Source: an uncultured Bdellovibrio sp. (GTDB lineage Bacteria > Bdellovibrionota > Bdellovibrionia > Bdellovibrionales > Bdellovibrionaceae). From it: a stretch of DNA of 64,000 bases. Positions 9,036 through 18,583 of this stretch are shown here, piece by piece. Under the pieces are notes generated by a model that was given only the letters and a program-made list of their open reading frames with translations, made no database searches and was not told the origin of the DNA. The DNA lies in contig CAWVRN010000014.1 in assembly GCA_963932905.1 (NCBI GenBank), positions 42,513 through 106,512 on the forward strand. The letters run 5' to 3'. Each line of letters opens with the position of its first letter. Position 1 is the first letter of the stretch. Position numbers and translations under genes: made by a program.

Positions 9036-10967
9036 TTGATTCCAGCTGTGGAATATAAAAACGATAGACGCCCAATTAAAGAAAATGACCTGGTTTCGGA
9101 ACAACCAGGTTTTTTTATTTTATTCATAGGTCTTATGTTTTCGATCATCGTGGGTTTGTCGATCAAAACGGCTGCTCAATCCGATTGGTTTCGGGCTCGT
9201 TTATCCGAAGCAATTTCTAACGTTGGTAAAGACTGGCGGATTCAGCATGGGACAGTGGGGCTCTATTTTCAAGATGGGATAAAGCCCGCAATTGGCCTTT
9301 ATGCCAATGACGTGAAAATTGCGTCGGAATCCAGCTGTTATATGAAATCCGGCGGATTTGCACAGCGGGTAAAAATCCCCCTTTCGATCATTAAATATCT
9401 TATCGATGGTCAACTGGTGAGTGAAATCGAAATACAAGATTTTAAAATTGAAATTACAGAAAAAACTCCCGTATGTAACACAAAAAATGCAACGGCAGCT
9501 AGTAGTTTGGGTGTTGTTGAAGTAAAAAAGAAAAACCAGATCACTATTGTTGATCGTGTCGAGAAGTCGACTTTGCGCAATGAAATTGAACGCGTCAGAA
9601 TCAACCGCTTAGAAGTTTATTATCCTCATGAAAAATATGACTATTTTTCATTAAAAAATATCGTTATTGAAAATCGCTCTTCGCATCCAAAAATTCTTTT
9701 TATGGAAGGGGATGTTGACTTAAATCCTTTAATTAAATCAGCTGACGGCAAGAAATTAGCGAATCTAAAAATTGAGTATAATGAATTTCCTGAGAAAACT
9801 ATAAAGTCGAATCTTTTAGGATCGCTGCGTGAAGGATTCTTTTCTATTCAACTTGTTAACCGAATAGAAGATAAGAAATTTCAACTGCAAGCCGAATTAA
9901 AAAATGTTTCACTATCTTTTGTTAAAAGTTTTGCGGCCGAAGTTCCAAAAGATATTAATGTGAAATCTAATTGGGTTAGTTTGAAACTGTATGCTGAAGG
10001 TTTGGTGGATTCCCTGATGGCTTCGACTGCGGAAGTTAAAGACGTTGTAGTAAATGGAGATTTAGGTGAGTTTTCGATCGAGACCCTAAATTTTGCTCAT
10101 GGAGTTGGGCAGGGACCGAATCCATTTGAGCTAAAAATGAAAGGTGTCGACTTGTCTAAGGTTTTCACGCTCAATGCGGGAATAAAAATTCCAGACCAGA
10201 TTGAAAGCATGGGTTATTTGGACGGTCAGATTAATTACCTGACAGATTCAGATATCAAGCTCAATGGTGCAGTGAAAGGATTAGAAGTTGTTTTCTCTGC
10301 CAATAGCAATAGAAAAACCGAAGTGGTAGGTGTTGATCGGCTAACGGGTGTCTGGTCAAAGAAACGACTACTTTTAGATGCGGCTGAGATAAAAAACGAG
10401 CAAGGCGCAATTGACGGTGCTGTTCATTTAAAGACCGAAGACCTTAAGTCGTTTGAGCTTGATGCTTTGTTGAAAAATATAAAATTAGCGAGTGATGTTT
10501 CTGAATTGGTGACTGGTGTAGACGCGCCTCTGTTTGTAGATGAGGTCGGGTTTAAAGCTCAAGGTAATTCACATTCTGTAAATTATAAAGCTCAAGGTAA
10601 ACTAAAGTCTGTTTCGCATCAGTATTTTGACATGGCTAACGTCGTTTTTTCTGTGTCGGGTAACACAAATAAAAGTCAGGAAATTGAAGTAAAGGCTGAT
10701 CGCTGGCAGAATACAGAGAAGACGAAAAAAAGTCTGTTAACGTTCGGCTTGGAATTGCCTGAGATTGTAGTTAAACCGAAAATTAAAATGACTCAGACAT
10801 CAGAAGCGGCGCAATTGAAAATTGATTCACAGAGTTCGTTCAGGATGAATGCAGCTCTTGTTGGTGGAACTGACCGCAGAAACGATATAAGCGGTGCGAT
10901 CATCACAAAAGACCAAGAATGGAAGATTTATGGGACCCGAGACAATTTTAAAATCGATAAAAAATGA
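9036..10967 (+). CDS. membrane-anchored beta-rich periplasmic protein (AsmA-like, tentative)
   Basis: N-terminal TM helix followed by a long amphipathic beta-strand pattern; start uncertain. Confidence 0.55.
   Translation: MIPAVEYKNDRRPIKENDLVSEQPGFFILFIGLMFSIIVGLSIKTAAQSDWFRARLSEAISNVGKDWRIQHGTVGLYFQDGIKPAIGLYANDVKIASESSCYMKSGGFAQRVKIPLSIIKYLIDGQLVSEIEIQDFKIEITEKTPVCNTKNATAASSLGVVEVKKKNQITIVDRVEKSTLRNEIERVRINRLEVYYPHEKYDYFSLKNIVIENRSSHPKILFMEGDVDLNPLIKSADGKKLANLKIEYNEFPEKTIKSNLLGSLREGFFSIQLVNRIEDKKFQLQAELKNVSLSFVKSFAAEVPKDINVKSNWVSLKLYAEGLVDSLMASTAEVKDVVVNGDLGEFSIETLNFAHGVGQGPNPFELKMKGVDLSKVFTLNAGIKIPDQIESMGYLDGQINYLTDSDIKLNGAVKGLEVVFSANSNRKTEVVGVDRLTGVWSKKRLLLDAAEIKNEQGAIDGAVHLKTEDLKSFELDALLKNIKLASDVSELVTGVDAPLFVDEVGFKAQGNSHSVNYKAQGKLKSVSHQYFDMANVVFSVSGNTNKSQEIEVKADRWQNTEKTKKSLLTFGLELPEIVVKPKIKMTQTSEAAQLKIDSQSSFRMNAALVGGTDRRNDISGAIITKDQEWKIYGTRDNFKIDKK
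9088..9117 (+). terminator. possible intrinsic terminator after greA
   Basis: ACCTGGTT...AACCAGGT stem followed by a T-tract; overlaps the 5' part of the next ORF. Confidence 0.4.
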
Positions 10968-11724
10968 CTGGGCCAGTTGGCCCTTAATGTTAGGTAAGTT
11001 TTCTGATTGGAATCATGATTGGAAGTTGCCGAACGTACAAGCTCATCGTGGTTATCATCAAAACTCAATCGTTGAAAATTCACTAGAGGCATTGGCGGCG
11101 GCCAAATCGAATGGATATCAAATGGCCGAAGTGGATGTTCAGATCACTCGTGATGGAACTCCAGTATTATTTCATGATTTTAGTTTACGTGGACGATATC
11201 GATTAAATGTGAACGTATCTGAATTATCCTATGCGGACTTAATACGTATCGGAATGTTTCCCAGATTAGAAGATGTGCTAATGACTAGTGACAGACCTGA
11301 ATTTCTGAATATAGAAATTAAAAGCAAAAACTTCTATCAGTTTCCCGTAGAAGATGCTGTTGCTGAATTGGTAAAAAAACAGGATTGTGTAGATCGGATT
11401 ATGGTTTCAAGCTTTAATCCGTGGGCTTTGTTGCGTTTGAAATTTTTGAATCGCGATATAACTCGTGCTTTGCTGGTGACGGATGAGCCAGAAATTTGGA
11501 ATTTTTATTACCTTCGCCGTATGTGGACAGTGCCTTTGATTGAGCCTCACGTTCTCAACATCAGGTACTCTATGTTTAACAATAATTTAATTTCAAAATT
11601 AAAGAACTTTAATGTTTTGACTTCGGCTTGGACAGTTAATGATATTAATGTCGCAAAAGACCTTATGGCTTTGGGTGTTAATAGTATTATTTCGGATACA
11701 CTTAAGCCACAGAATTTAACATAA
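10894..11724 (+). CDS. glycerophosphodiester phosphodiesterase
   Basis: AHRG, ENSL, EVDV, HD, NIEIK, WTVN motifs. Confidence 0.9.
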   Translation: MRSSQKTKNGRFMGPETILKSIKNDWASWPLMLGKFSDWNHDWKLPNVQAHRGYHQNSIVENSLEALAAAKSNGYQMAEVDVQITRDGTPVLFHDFSLRGRYRLNVNVSELSYADLIRIGMFPRLEDVLMTSDRPEFLNIEIKSKNFYQFPVEDAVAELVKKQDCVDRIMVSSFNPWALLRLKFLNRDITRALLVTDEPEIWNFYYLRRMWTVPLIEPHVLNIRYSMFNNNLISKLKNFNVLTSAWTVNDINVAKDLMALGVNSIISDTLKPQNLT

Positions 11725-11820
11725 GATTTCGACGTTTCATTATCAAACAAAACCATTCCCAACGTTCTTAATTGAACTGAAATCGGCTATACTGTTTCTA
11801 ACAGGATAACAGGAGCACCT

Positions 11821-12342
11821 ATGAAAATTTCAATCGTATTGCTATTACTGAGTTCATTGTCATTCGCAGAGCCCATTGCAGAAGTTGAGTTCAAAGCAAT
11901 GGGGCAAAAGGTAACGGCCACTTCGAAAATCGTGAAAGGAAAAGTTGTTGTGCAAAACGGCGAATACATTCCTCAAAACGTTTCGGTGGATTTAAAAACG
12001 TTAACAACCAACATGGCACCTCGTGATGATCACATGAGAAATAAATATCTTGAAGTGGGTAAGTATCCAGAAGCGATCTTAACATCCGGTAAAGGCAAAG
12101 ATGGCAATGGAATTGGAAAAATTAAAATTAAAGGTATCGAAAAAGATATCAAAGGCACATACAAGGCCTTGAACGATAAAGAAGTGGAAGCTAAGTTTGA
12201 CTTAAATCTGCCAGATTTTGGAATCACCGGTATTCGATACGCTGGCGTAGGAGTTAAAGACAACGTCAGTGTGCGCGTCGTGCTTCCATTAGAAAAAGGA
12301 GCAGCGACTGCGGCAGCTCCCGCTCCGGCAAAGAAAAAATAA
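11821..12342 (+). CDS. YceI-family periplasmic lipid-binding protein
   Basis: Signal peptide; RDDHMR...KYP motif and DFGI. Confidence 0.85.
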   Translation: MKISIVLLLLSSLSFAEPIAEVEFKAMGQKVTATSKIVKGKVVVQNGEYIPQNVSVDLKTLTTNMAPRDDHMRNKYLEVGKYPEAILTSGKGKDGNGIGKIKIKGIEKDIKGTYKALNDKEVEAKFDLNLPDFGITGIRYAGVGVKDNVSVRVVLPLEKGAATAAAPAPAKKK

Positions 12343-12343
12343 T

Positions 12344-12838
12344 TTAGATTGATCCGTCTTCGATATTCACAACTTCGGCGGCATCGCTGCCTTCAACGGC
12401 GCTCGCCGGAGCTGATGTGTCTTGTTGAGGTGCTACTTCAGTTGTCGCGCCTCTTACAGGCAAAGATTTTCCAGACGTTTTTTTAGACGGTAGACCAGCG
12501 GATTTTACAGCTACCGATTTTGATGATCCTTTGCCTTTCTTTTTCATAACAATAGTAGCTTCATCGCCACCTTTGATTTCATCTAGTTGAGCTTTTTGAG
12601 TTAGGCTCATTTTCTTCATTTCACCGTCATAGTATGACTTTAGTTCCTGAAGTTTGGATTGGTATTCTTTACGAATTTCTTCAATTTTTTGTGTTCGAGA
12701 TTCTTTTACGCACGACTGATAGGTCGTAATAGCCGTTTCTTTGGCTTGAACGCGGCACTCAGTATCAATCGAGTCCATTGAAGCAAAACTTACATGAGCA
12801 GTGAGTAAAACAAGTAGAAAACGAACCATGGTAACCAT
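12344..12838 (-). CDS. secreted hypothetical protein (coiled coil)
   Basis: Signal peptide, Cys pair, helical core, low-complexity tail. Confidence 0.7.
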   Translation of the reverse strand: MVTMVRFLLVLLTAHVSFASMDSIDTECRVQAKETAITTYQSCVKESRTQKIEEIRKEYQSKLQELKSYYDGEMKKMSLTQKAQLDEIKGGDEATIVMKKKGKGSSKSVAVKSAGLPSKKTSGKSLPVRGATTEVAPQQDTSAPASAVEGSDAAEVVNIEDGSI

Positions 12839-12872
12839 CCCTTTTGTCGGCGTTTGTAGCCATAAAATGGTT

Positions 12873-12888
12873 AGCGAAAATCGTGCCT
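12873..12888 (-). promoter_or_regulatory. sigma54-type -24/-12 promoter
   Basis: Minus strand AGGCACGATTTTCGCT = GG-N10-GC with CACG, about 35 bp upstream of the 12838 start. Confidence 0.6.
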
Positions 12889-12982
12889 TAGGAAACAGTC
12901 ATATACAGGGTTTAATTCGGTTTTTAAAAACCAAAGTGACTAGAATGGTTACAGAGTCTGATCTTTTTACAATGTGGAAAGA

Positions 12983-13759
12983 TTATTTAATGAACAGATT
13001 TTTTTCAGCATCCGTCATTAATCTCCAGCGCCCTTCGGGTAAAGAACCTAACGGTAGCTTTCCAATGCGTACTCGTTTTAATCCAAGGACCTCAAGGCCA
13101 ACCATTTCACACATTTTTCTGATTTGGCGTTTCTTGCCTTCTTTAAGGATGAATTTTAATTGGTCTTCGTTTAACCACGATACGTGTGCCGGTTTTAAAG
13201 CTTCGCCATCAATAGATAAACCATGATTTAAAAGATCGAATCCTTCTTCTGTCAAATCTCCACGTACACGTACGATGTATTCTTTCTCGATATCTGAATC
13301 TTCGCCGATGATGGCTTTTACTAGTCGTCCATCATGAGTTAGAATAAGTAAACCCTGTGATTCTATATCTAGGCGTCCAACGACGGAAAGATTTTTCGGT
13401 GCATTTTCAATAGCGCGCCAGAAATCTTTTGGTAGATCGTTTTCAAGATCACCATGGAAGCGATCACCAGTAATTAAATCTAACGCTTGTTTGTAGCTAC
13501 GTTCCGGTAAGTTAGATACATAGCCAACTGGTTTGTTTAAAATCACGGTGATTATCTTTTTCTGTGCGGCCATGGCTTCTGATTCTAAAGAAATGCGAAC
13601 ATCACGAGTCACTTTGTGACCCAGCTCGGATACTTTAATGCCATTGACATACACTTGGCCTTTAGAGATTAACTCGTCAGCTTCGCGGCGGGAACATAGA
13701 CCCCGTTCGGACATTAATTTCGATAGACGTAGGATATCAGTAGTTGATTCGGTAGACAC
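12983..13759 (-). CDS. S4-domain rRNA pseudouridine synthase (RluB/RluF family)
   Basis: RLSKLMSERGLCSRREAD S4 domain, GRLD catalytic Asp, EGKKRQIRKM; start placed at GTG 13759 after GAGAGG. Confidence 0.9.
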   Translation of the reverse strand: MSTESTTDILRLSKLMSERGLCSRREADELISKGQVYVNGIKVSELGHKVTRDVRISLESEAMAAQKKIITVILNKPVGYVSNLPERSYKQALDLITGDRFHGDLENDLPKDFWRAIENAPKNLSVVGRLDIESQGLLILTHDGRLVKAIIGEDSDIEKEYIVRVRGDLTEEGFDLLNHGLSIDGEALKPAHVSWLNEDQLKFILKEGKKRQIRKMCEMVGLEVLGLKRVRIGKLPLGSLPEGRWRLMTDAEKNLFIK

Positions 13760-13790
13760 GGTTAACCTCTCGGTAATGATGAGGCTCGGA

Positions 13791-14177
13791 CTATAGCGTA
13801 AGCTCCACAAAAATGGAATCCATTTCAAATAGACGAAGGCATTTCAACTGATAAGGGGCGGGTAATACGATTTGACCCTTAAAGTATAAGGAAATATTTT
13901 CAGTCGTTGGCACCAGATCTTTGAAGTAAGGTATATCAAAGTTCAAATGAGCATGGTCTATCTTACTGATAATCGGTTTAAGAACGGCCTGAATCGCAGA
14001 ATGGGCAACTTCTATGTTTTGTTCGCCGATTTCAATTTCTACCTGAAGTCTGTAATTGTGACCATGGCCGTGTTCAGAGTAGCACTTACCAAACGTATCT
14101 TTATTTTTCTGATCCGACCAATTTTTCTGATGATACAGATGGGCTGATGAAAATTCGTAAGTTAATGCAATCTTCAT
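13791..14177 (-). CDS. 6-pyruvoyl/6-carboxy-tetrahydropterin synthase (PTPS/QueD family)
   Basis: FSSAH, GKC...HGHGHNY, DH, PTTEN motifs. Confidence 0.85.
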   Translation of the reverse strand: MKIALTYEFSSAHLYHQKNWSDQKNKDTFGKCYSEHGHGHNYRLQVEIEIGEQNIEVAHSAIQAVLKPIISKIDHAHLNFDIPYFKDLVPTTENISLYFKGQIVLPAPYQLKCLRLFEMDSIFVELTL

Positions 14178-14917
14178 TTGATGTTGATTCCGCCATCAAC
14201 ATCTAGAATAGCTCCTGTTGTCCAAGAACTTTGTTCTGAGGCTAAAAAATAAATAGCCTCAGCGATGTCACTTGGTTTTCCCATACGAGCCAGTGGTTGC
14301 AAGGAATGCATTTGTTCTAGTGTCTTCGCTTTTGTCGCCACGTCTAATTTGTCAAAACCATGAATGGGTGTTTCGACGATGCCTGGGGAAACGCAGTTGA
14401 CTCGTATGCCGAATCCAGCCCCTTCCAGCGCTAGAGTTTTGGTCAAGTTTTGGATCGCTGCCTTAGACGCTGAGTACGCACTTGTTGATGGGGTCGGTTT
14501 GTAGGCGAGGGTGGATGAAACCATCACAATAGAGCCCCTTTGCTTGCGTTTAAAGTGAGGAAATGCCATTGCACTCAGTTGGGCCACTGAGCTGACATTC
14601 ACTTGAAACATAAGACGCCAATGGTCTGCGGTGAATTCGTCAATCTTTTGATATGAGAAAATTCCCGCATTATTCACAAGGATATCTAGCTGACTGAAAT
14701 CAACTTTAGATTCTAGTGATTCGATTTGTTTGGTGTCAGATAAATCGCAGGTGATTATTTTTGAATTAGGTAATTGTTTATGGAGTTCGGAAAGGCGTTT
14801 TTCATCGCGTGCTAAGAGGTAGATGAAGTAGCCGGCTTGGTGAAATTTTTGAGCGGTGGCGTATCCGATGCCGCTTGAAGCACCAGTGATAAGGGCAGAC
14901 TGACCTGTTTGTTTCAT
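14174..14917 (-). CDS. short-chain dehydrogenase/reductase
   Basis: TGASSGIG, NNAG, YSASK. Confidence 0.9.
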   Translation of the reverse strand: MKQTGQSALITGASSGIGYATAQKFHQAGYFIYLLARDEKRLSELHKQLPNSKIITCDLSDTKQIESLESKVDFSQLDILVNNAGIFSYQKIDEFTADHWRLMFQVNVSSVAQLSAMAFPHFKRKQRGSIVMVSSTLAYKPTPSTSAYSASKAAIQNLTKTLALEGAGFGIRVNCVSPGIVETPIHGFDKLDVATKAKTLEQMHSLQPLARMGKPSDIAEAIYFLASEQSSWTTGAILDVDGGINIK

Positions 14918-14976
14918 GAGACCTCTTCCTATAAGGCCTCTATATTAGCTAAATTAAATTAAAAAGGGAACTATAA

Positions 14977-15204
14977 CTAAGCGGCTTTTTTCTTAGCAGC
15001 CATGAAATGCTGATATTTTTTATCAAAGTCTAAAGCTTGTTTGCCTTCTTTAGTGATCAAGCCAGCTTTGAACCATTCGAAATGCTCTGCGCAGAAAGAA
15101 GCGCGTGTGTGTTTAGCTTTACAGCCTTCAGCCTGGCAACGAGCATCAGCAAGAGATACGACATTGTTTGGTACTAGATTTGGTTTTTTGTCTTTGTCAG
15201 CCAT
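14977..15204 (-). CDS. small protein with putative C3H zinc-binding motif
   Basis: CQAEGC-x9-CAEH; strong AGGAGG RBS. Confidence 0.7.
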   Translation of the reverse strand: MADKDKKPNLVPNNVVSLADARCQAEGCKAKHTRASFCAEHFEWFKAGLITKEGKQALDFDKKYQHFMAAKKKAA

Positions 15205-15241
15205 TAGAACCTCCTTAGGTCTTAATACGTTGATAGAGACC

Positions 15242-15268
15242 AGATCGGATCTATTACCTAAACCTTTA
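15242..15268 (-). promoter_or_regulatory. sigma28 (FliA)-like promoter
   Basis: Minus strand TAAA-N15-TCCGATCT versus consensus TAAA-N15-GCCGATAA. Confidence 0.5.
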
Positions 15269-15373
15269 GAGGGTAATTACGATTTAAGCCTTTGAATTTG
15301 TCTACTATTTCGACAGTAACGACAAGATTTGCATTTCTTTAATATTAGTTCGAGTTGAGGTATAACTAGACCT

Positions 15374-16408
15374 GTGAAATTTTTGTTATCGACGATTATT
15401 TTCTTCATTAGCGTAACAATGCAATCACTGGCAAGTGATTGTGGCTATGTCAATTTGTCAAAGTATTTTGGTAAACCTTATGATCAGCAAGACATCGGTT
15501 GGTGTTATGCTTTTTCCGCTTCGGATTTACTCACTTACAAGAATCGAAAAGTTTTAAATGGCCAAGCCATCTCCCCATTACACATGGCTTTGTTGCAAAA
15601 CTTAAATGCTGCTGAAAAGATGAGTGCGGACTCTGGATCAGTAACTACAGCGATACGAATGGCTACCTATCCATTTGATGAGTCCAATACCAGTGCTTTT
15701 TTTAAAGGTGTGTGTTTAGCCACAGTCGATAAGGAACTCATTGATCCTAATGCTACGATTGGTCTTCGAAAGCAATTCACTCAATTAAGTCATTTAAAAA
15801 CTGTGTATGATTCCTCGGTAGCCAAGCACGGCGGAAAGCTTTTTGTTGATTTTTATTCGAAAATTTTCCTGGTTAACCCGTTGGTTTATAAAATTGACAT
15901 AGTGTCACTACAGTCTATTCTGCGCGATTCACGCCCCACAGAAGTCGGTTTGAAATATTTAGATAGATTTTGTCCCTACTCAGGTCGTTTTAAGTCCCAT
16001 ACTTCTGAAAGTCCTTTGTTTTTCTACGTAGGCGGCGAAATTAACCATGTGCCGCAGAAAGGCCCAACCGTTACAACCAAAATTACCGACCCAAAACAGA
16101 TTTTAGAGATGGTTCATGCTCAGCTTGATATCGAAAACGTATCCAGCATAAACTATTACCCTGACTTTATGAGACGAGGCGGCTTTGAGAATAATCACAC
16201 GGATCGACATGCATCGACGGTGGTTGGTCGCGAGAAGGTGGGAAATGTATGTCACATCATTATCAGAAATAGTTGGGGCGGCTGTAAAAATAAAAAAGGC
16301 GAATATTTGTATTCGCCCCATGTCAGCAAGTGCGAAGATGGTTATTTATGGGTGCCCGAAAGCAAGCTAGCAAAGCATCTTGAAGGAATCACTTTTTTGA
16401 AGAATTAA
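15374..16408 (+). CDS. secreted papain-like (C1 family) cysteine protease
   Basis: Signal peptide; DQQDIGWCYAF (Gln, Cys), HASTVVG (His), IRNSWG (Asn). Confidence 0.85.
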   Translation: MKFLLSTIIFFISVTMQSLASDCGYVNLSKYFGKPYDQQDIGWCYAFSASDLLTYKNRKVLNGQAISPLHMALLQNLNAAEKMSADSGSVTTAIRMATYPFDESNTSAFFKGVCLATVDKELIDPNATIGLRKQFTQLSHLKTVYDSSVAKHGGKLFVDFYSKIFLVNPLVYKIDIVSLQSILRDSRPTEVGLKYLDRFCPYSGRFKSHTSESPLFFYVGGEINHVPQKGPTVTTKITDPKQILEMVHAQLDIENVSSINYYPDFMRRGGFENNHTDRHASTVVGREKVGNVCHIIIRNSWGGCKNKKGEYLYSPHVSKCEDGYLWVPESKLAKHLEGITFLKN

Positions 16409-17034
16409 TCACCAGGTTGAGTTAGCGGTAGCCGCATGCGGCCCCAGTTCACTTCTTCGAAATAGCGATCAGCAGCGTTTTGGCGATTGCGGTCGGCCAT
16501 CAAAACAACATCTACGAACTTAGTTTTAGTTTCTTCATCTTTTGTGAAATCCAAACTATTCAACTTGACCTTAAAAGTAAATCGGCCTTTGTTGCTCGAT
16601 GGAAATGGGATTGTTTGAACAGTATCGCCTTTAGCATTTTTAATTTCCACGCGAAATTTGCTGTACACTGTTTTTTCTTTAAAGTTTTGTTTTATTTCGT
16701 CAGTGATATCTTGAGTAAATTCCGTTTTGACGGATTTTAATTTCGACCATTTGTTTTTAGCGCACTCAACAAATTGAATTTCAAATTCAGCTGTAGTGAT
16801 AGATCCTGATTTTTTAGAATCGATCATATTGAAGGTGATAGGTTGCAAGAAATTTGTGTTAGGTGGGCTTGATTCTGAACATTCGGCTCCAAATCCGCCA
16901 ATTACCTTTACATTCGTCAATTCCTCCGACGCTGCTAGAGCGGGTCGAAGGATGGAAATTAACGTAACTAAATACATGAATTTAACTAGTAATGTTCTAA
17001 TAGATACGATTTCGACAAAGTTATGTGTTTTCAT
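16405..17034 (-). CDS. secreted hypothetical protein
   Basis: Signal-like N-terminus, two Cys, beta-rich. Confidence 0.6.
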   Translation of the reverse strand: MKTHNFVEIVSIRTLLVKFMYLVTLISILRPALAASEELTNVKVIGGFGAECSESSPPNTNFLQPITFNMIDSKKSGSITTAEFEIQFVECAKNKWSKLKSVKTEFTQDITDEIKQNFKEKTVYSKFRVEIKNAKGDTVQTIPFPSSNKGRFTFKVKLNSLDFTKDEETKTKFVDVVLMADRNRQNAADRYFEEVNWGRMRLPLTQPGD

Positions 17035-17078
17035 ATACCTAAATATATGTACAAACTATCGGCCACTCAATAAAGTGT

Positions 17079-18542
17079 CTAATATTGAGAAAAGTCAGCC
17101 ATGTTGAGTTTATTAAATTTCAATTTTCGGTAGGGCTCACGAAGTAAAATAGAAAGTTCATATTTGCCGGTGGGAATAATCAGTGCATTTGATTTTATGT
17201 ATTCCAGGATGGAGTTACATAAGACTTTTTGTTTTGATTTGTTTTTTTCTATTTTTAATTTAGCAATGTTGTCCTCTAAGAATGCATCTGAAAACTGAAA
17301 AATATTCTCTGGATTTTCTTTCTCAAAGATTTTAACAGCCGAATAGCACAATGGGGTTTCTAACGGAATACCTTTGCGGAATATAGCTGGAAGTTCGGCT
17401 TTAAGTAAGCTGATGTAGGCTTTGTTTTCGATTTGTTTAGTTGTGACTTCTATGTCTAAATATTTTTTCCATTCCGATTTTAGCCATTCGGCGGTGCGCT
17501 GATGATCTTCACCACCTAAATGTGAATACGATAGATCGATCGGGGATTTGGGAGCCGACATCAACTTTCGTTTGGATTTTTTAATTTCAAAACATATAGG
17601 TTTATCTAAAGCGGTGGTGCTAAAGTCAAAACAACCGGGGCGGCCAGTTGAGTTTAGCAATTTTTGAAGTTCCTTATAGTCGATAACTTCGCTCATAGCT
17701 AAACGTGTGGGCTTGTCGATTTTTGCGAAATTAAATCCAAAATAATCAAACCGCAAAACTTCAACACCTAGGAACGATTTGTCTTTTCGCCATTGAGGAA
17801 TTTGGGCTGTGGGTACGCGGCGAACTAGATCGATCTGATTTTTTGAAAATAGGGGGATTTGAATCGAATCATCCGAAATATAAACGAACGACAGGTCGGG
17901 GCGGTGAGAATGGATGTGGTAGTTCGGATTGCTTTCCATTTTAATTTCTAAATTTTTTGAATCGTACTGTTTAATTCTATAAGGACCCGATGAAATAATC
18001 GGCAGTGAGATATTGAAATTCTTTTGTTTAACTGGTGCCGTCATCGGCAGAGCTAGCTTGTATTCAAATTCTGGGTCTGGTGACTCTAGTTCAAATTCAA
18101 TTGCGCTTGGCGGATGAAATTTAATGCCCACCTTGGAAAATGTCTTTAAATCACCTTGAGCAAACTTGCGGGCGCCACGCACACTGAATAGAGTTTCTTT
18201 GCGAGTAAAATCAGATTTTGGATCTAGTAAAAATTCGTAAGAAGCCAGAAAGTCTTTTGCTTCCATAGAAGATCCATCACTCCACTTTAATCCTGATTTT
18301 AATTGGCAGCGAAGTTTCCGTCGGCTTTTCCATTCGCATTTTTCTGCTAGGTCAGCAATAAGTTCATTGTTCTCGTTAATCCACAACCAATTGCGAAATA
18401 GTGCGTGGTGAATGTATGCGCCCGAAGCAGATCTTAAATTCAAGGGATTGATTTCTGTAAGTTCGTTCTGATAGGGAACTCGAAAGGTGCCGTTTGTAGA
18501 CAGATTTGCAGAAGACATCGTTGGCGCGTAAATCAGCGTCAA
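17079..18542 (-). CDS. ABC transporter peptide-binding protein (OppA/family 5), orphan
   Basis: LAEK..., KWSDGS...AKDF, SSGPY motifs; no adjacent permease genes. Confidence 0.8.
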   Translation of the reverse strand: MTLIYAPTMSSANLSTNGTFRVPYQNELTEINPLNLRSASGAYIHHALFRNWLWINENNELIADLAEKCEWKSRRKLRCQLKSGLKWSDGSSMEAKDFLASYEFLLDPKSDFTRKETLFSVRGARKFAQGDLKTFSKVGIKFHPPSAIEFELESPDPEFEYKLALPMTAPVKQKNFNISLPIISSGPYRIKQYDSKNLEIKMESNPNYHIHSHRPDLSFVYISDDSIQIPLFSKNQIDLVRRVPTAQIPQWRKDKSFLGVEVLRFDYFGFNFAKIDKPTRLAMSEVIDYKELQKLLNSTGRPGCFDFSTTALDKPICFEIKKSKRKLMSAPKSPIDLSYSHLGGEDHQRTAEWLKSEWKKYLDIEVTTKQIENKAYISLLKAELPAIFRKGIPLETPLCYSAVKIFEKENPENIFQFSDAFLEDNIAKLKIEKNKSKQKVLCNSILEYIKSNALIIPTGKYELSILLREPYRKLKFNKLNMADFSQY

Positions 18543-18583
18543 CGACGTTAATAAAGAAACAGAATGACGTAAAAGGGTGCTAA

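Noticed and set aside
12801..13226. 141-aa plus-strand ORF
   Set aside because: Overlaps the pseudouridine synthase and the neighbouring gene and promoter on the opposite strand; no motif.
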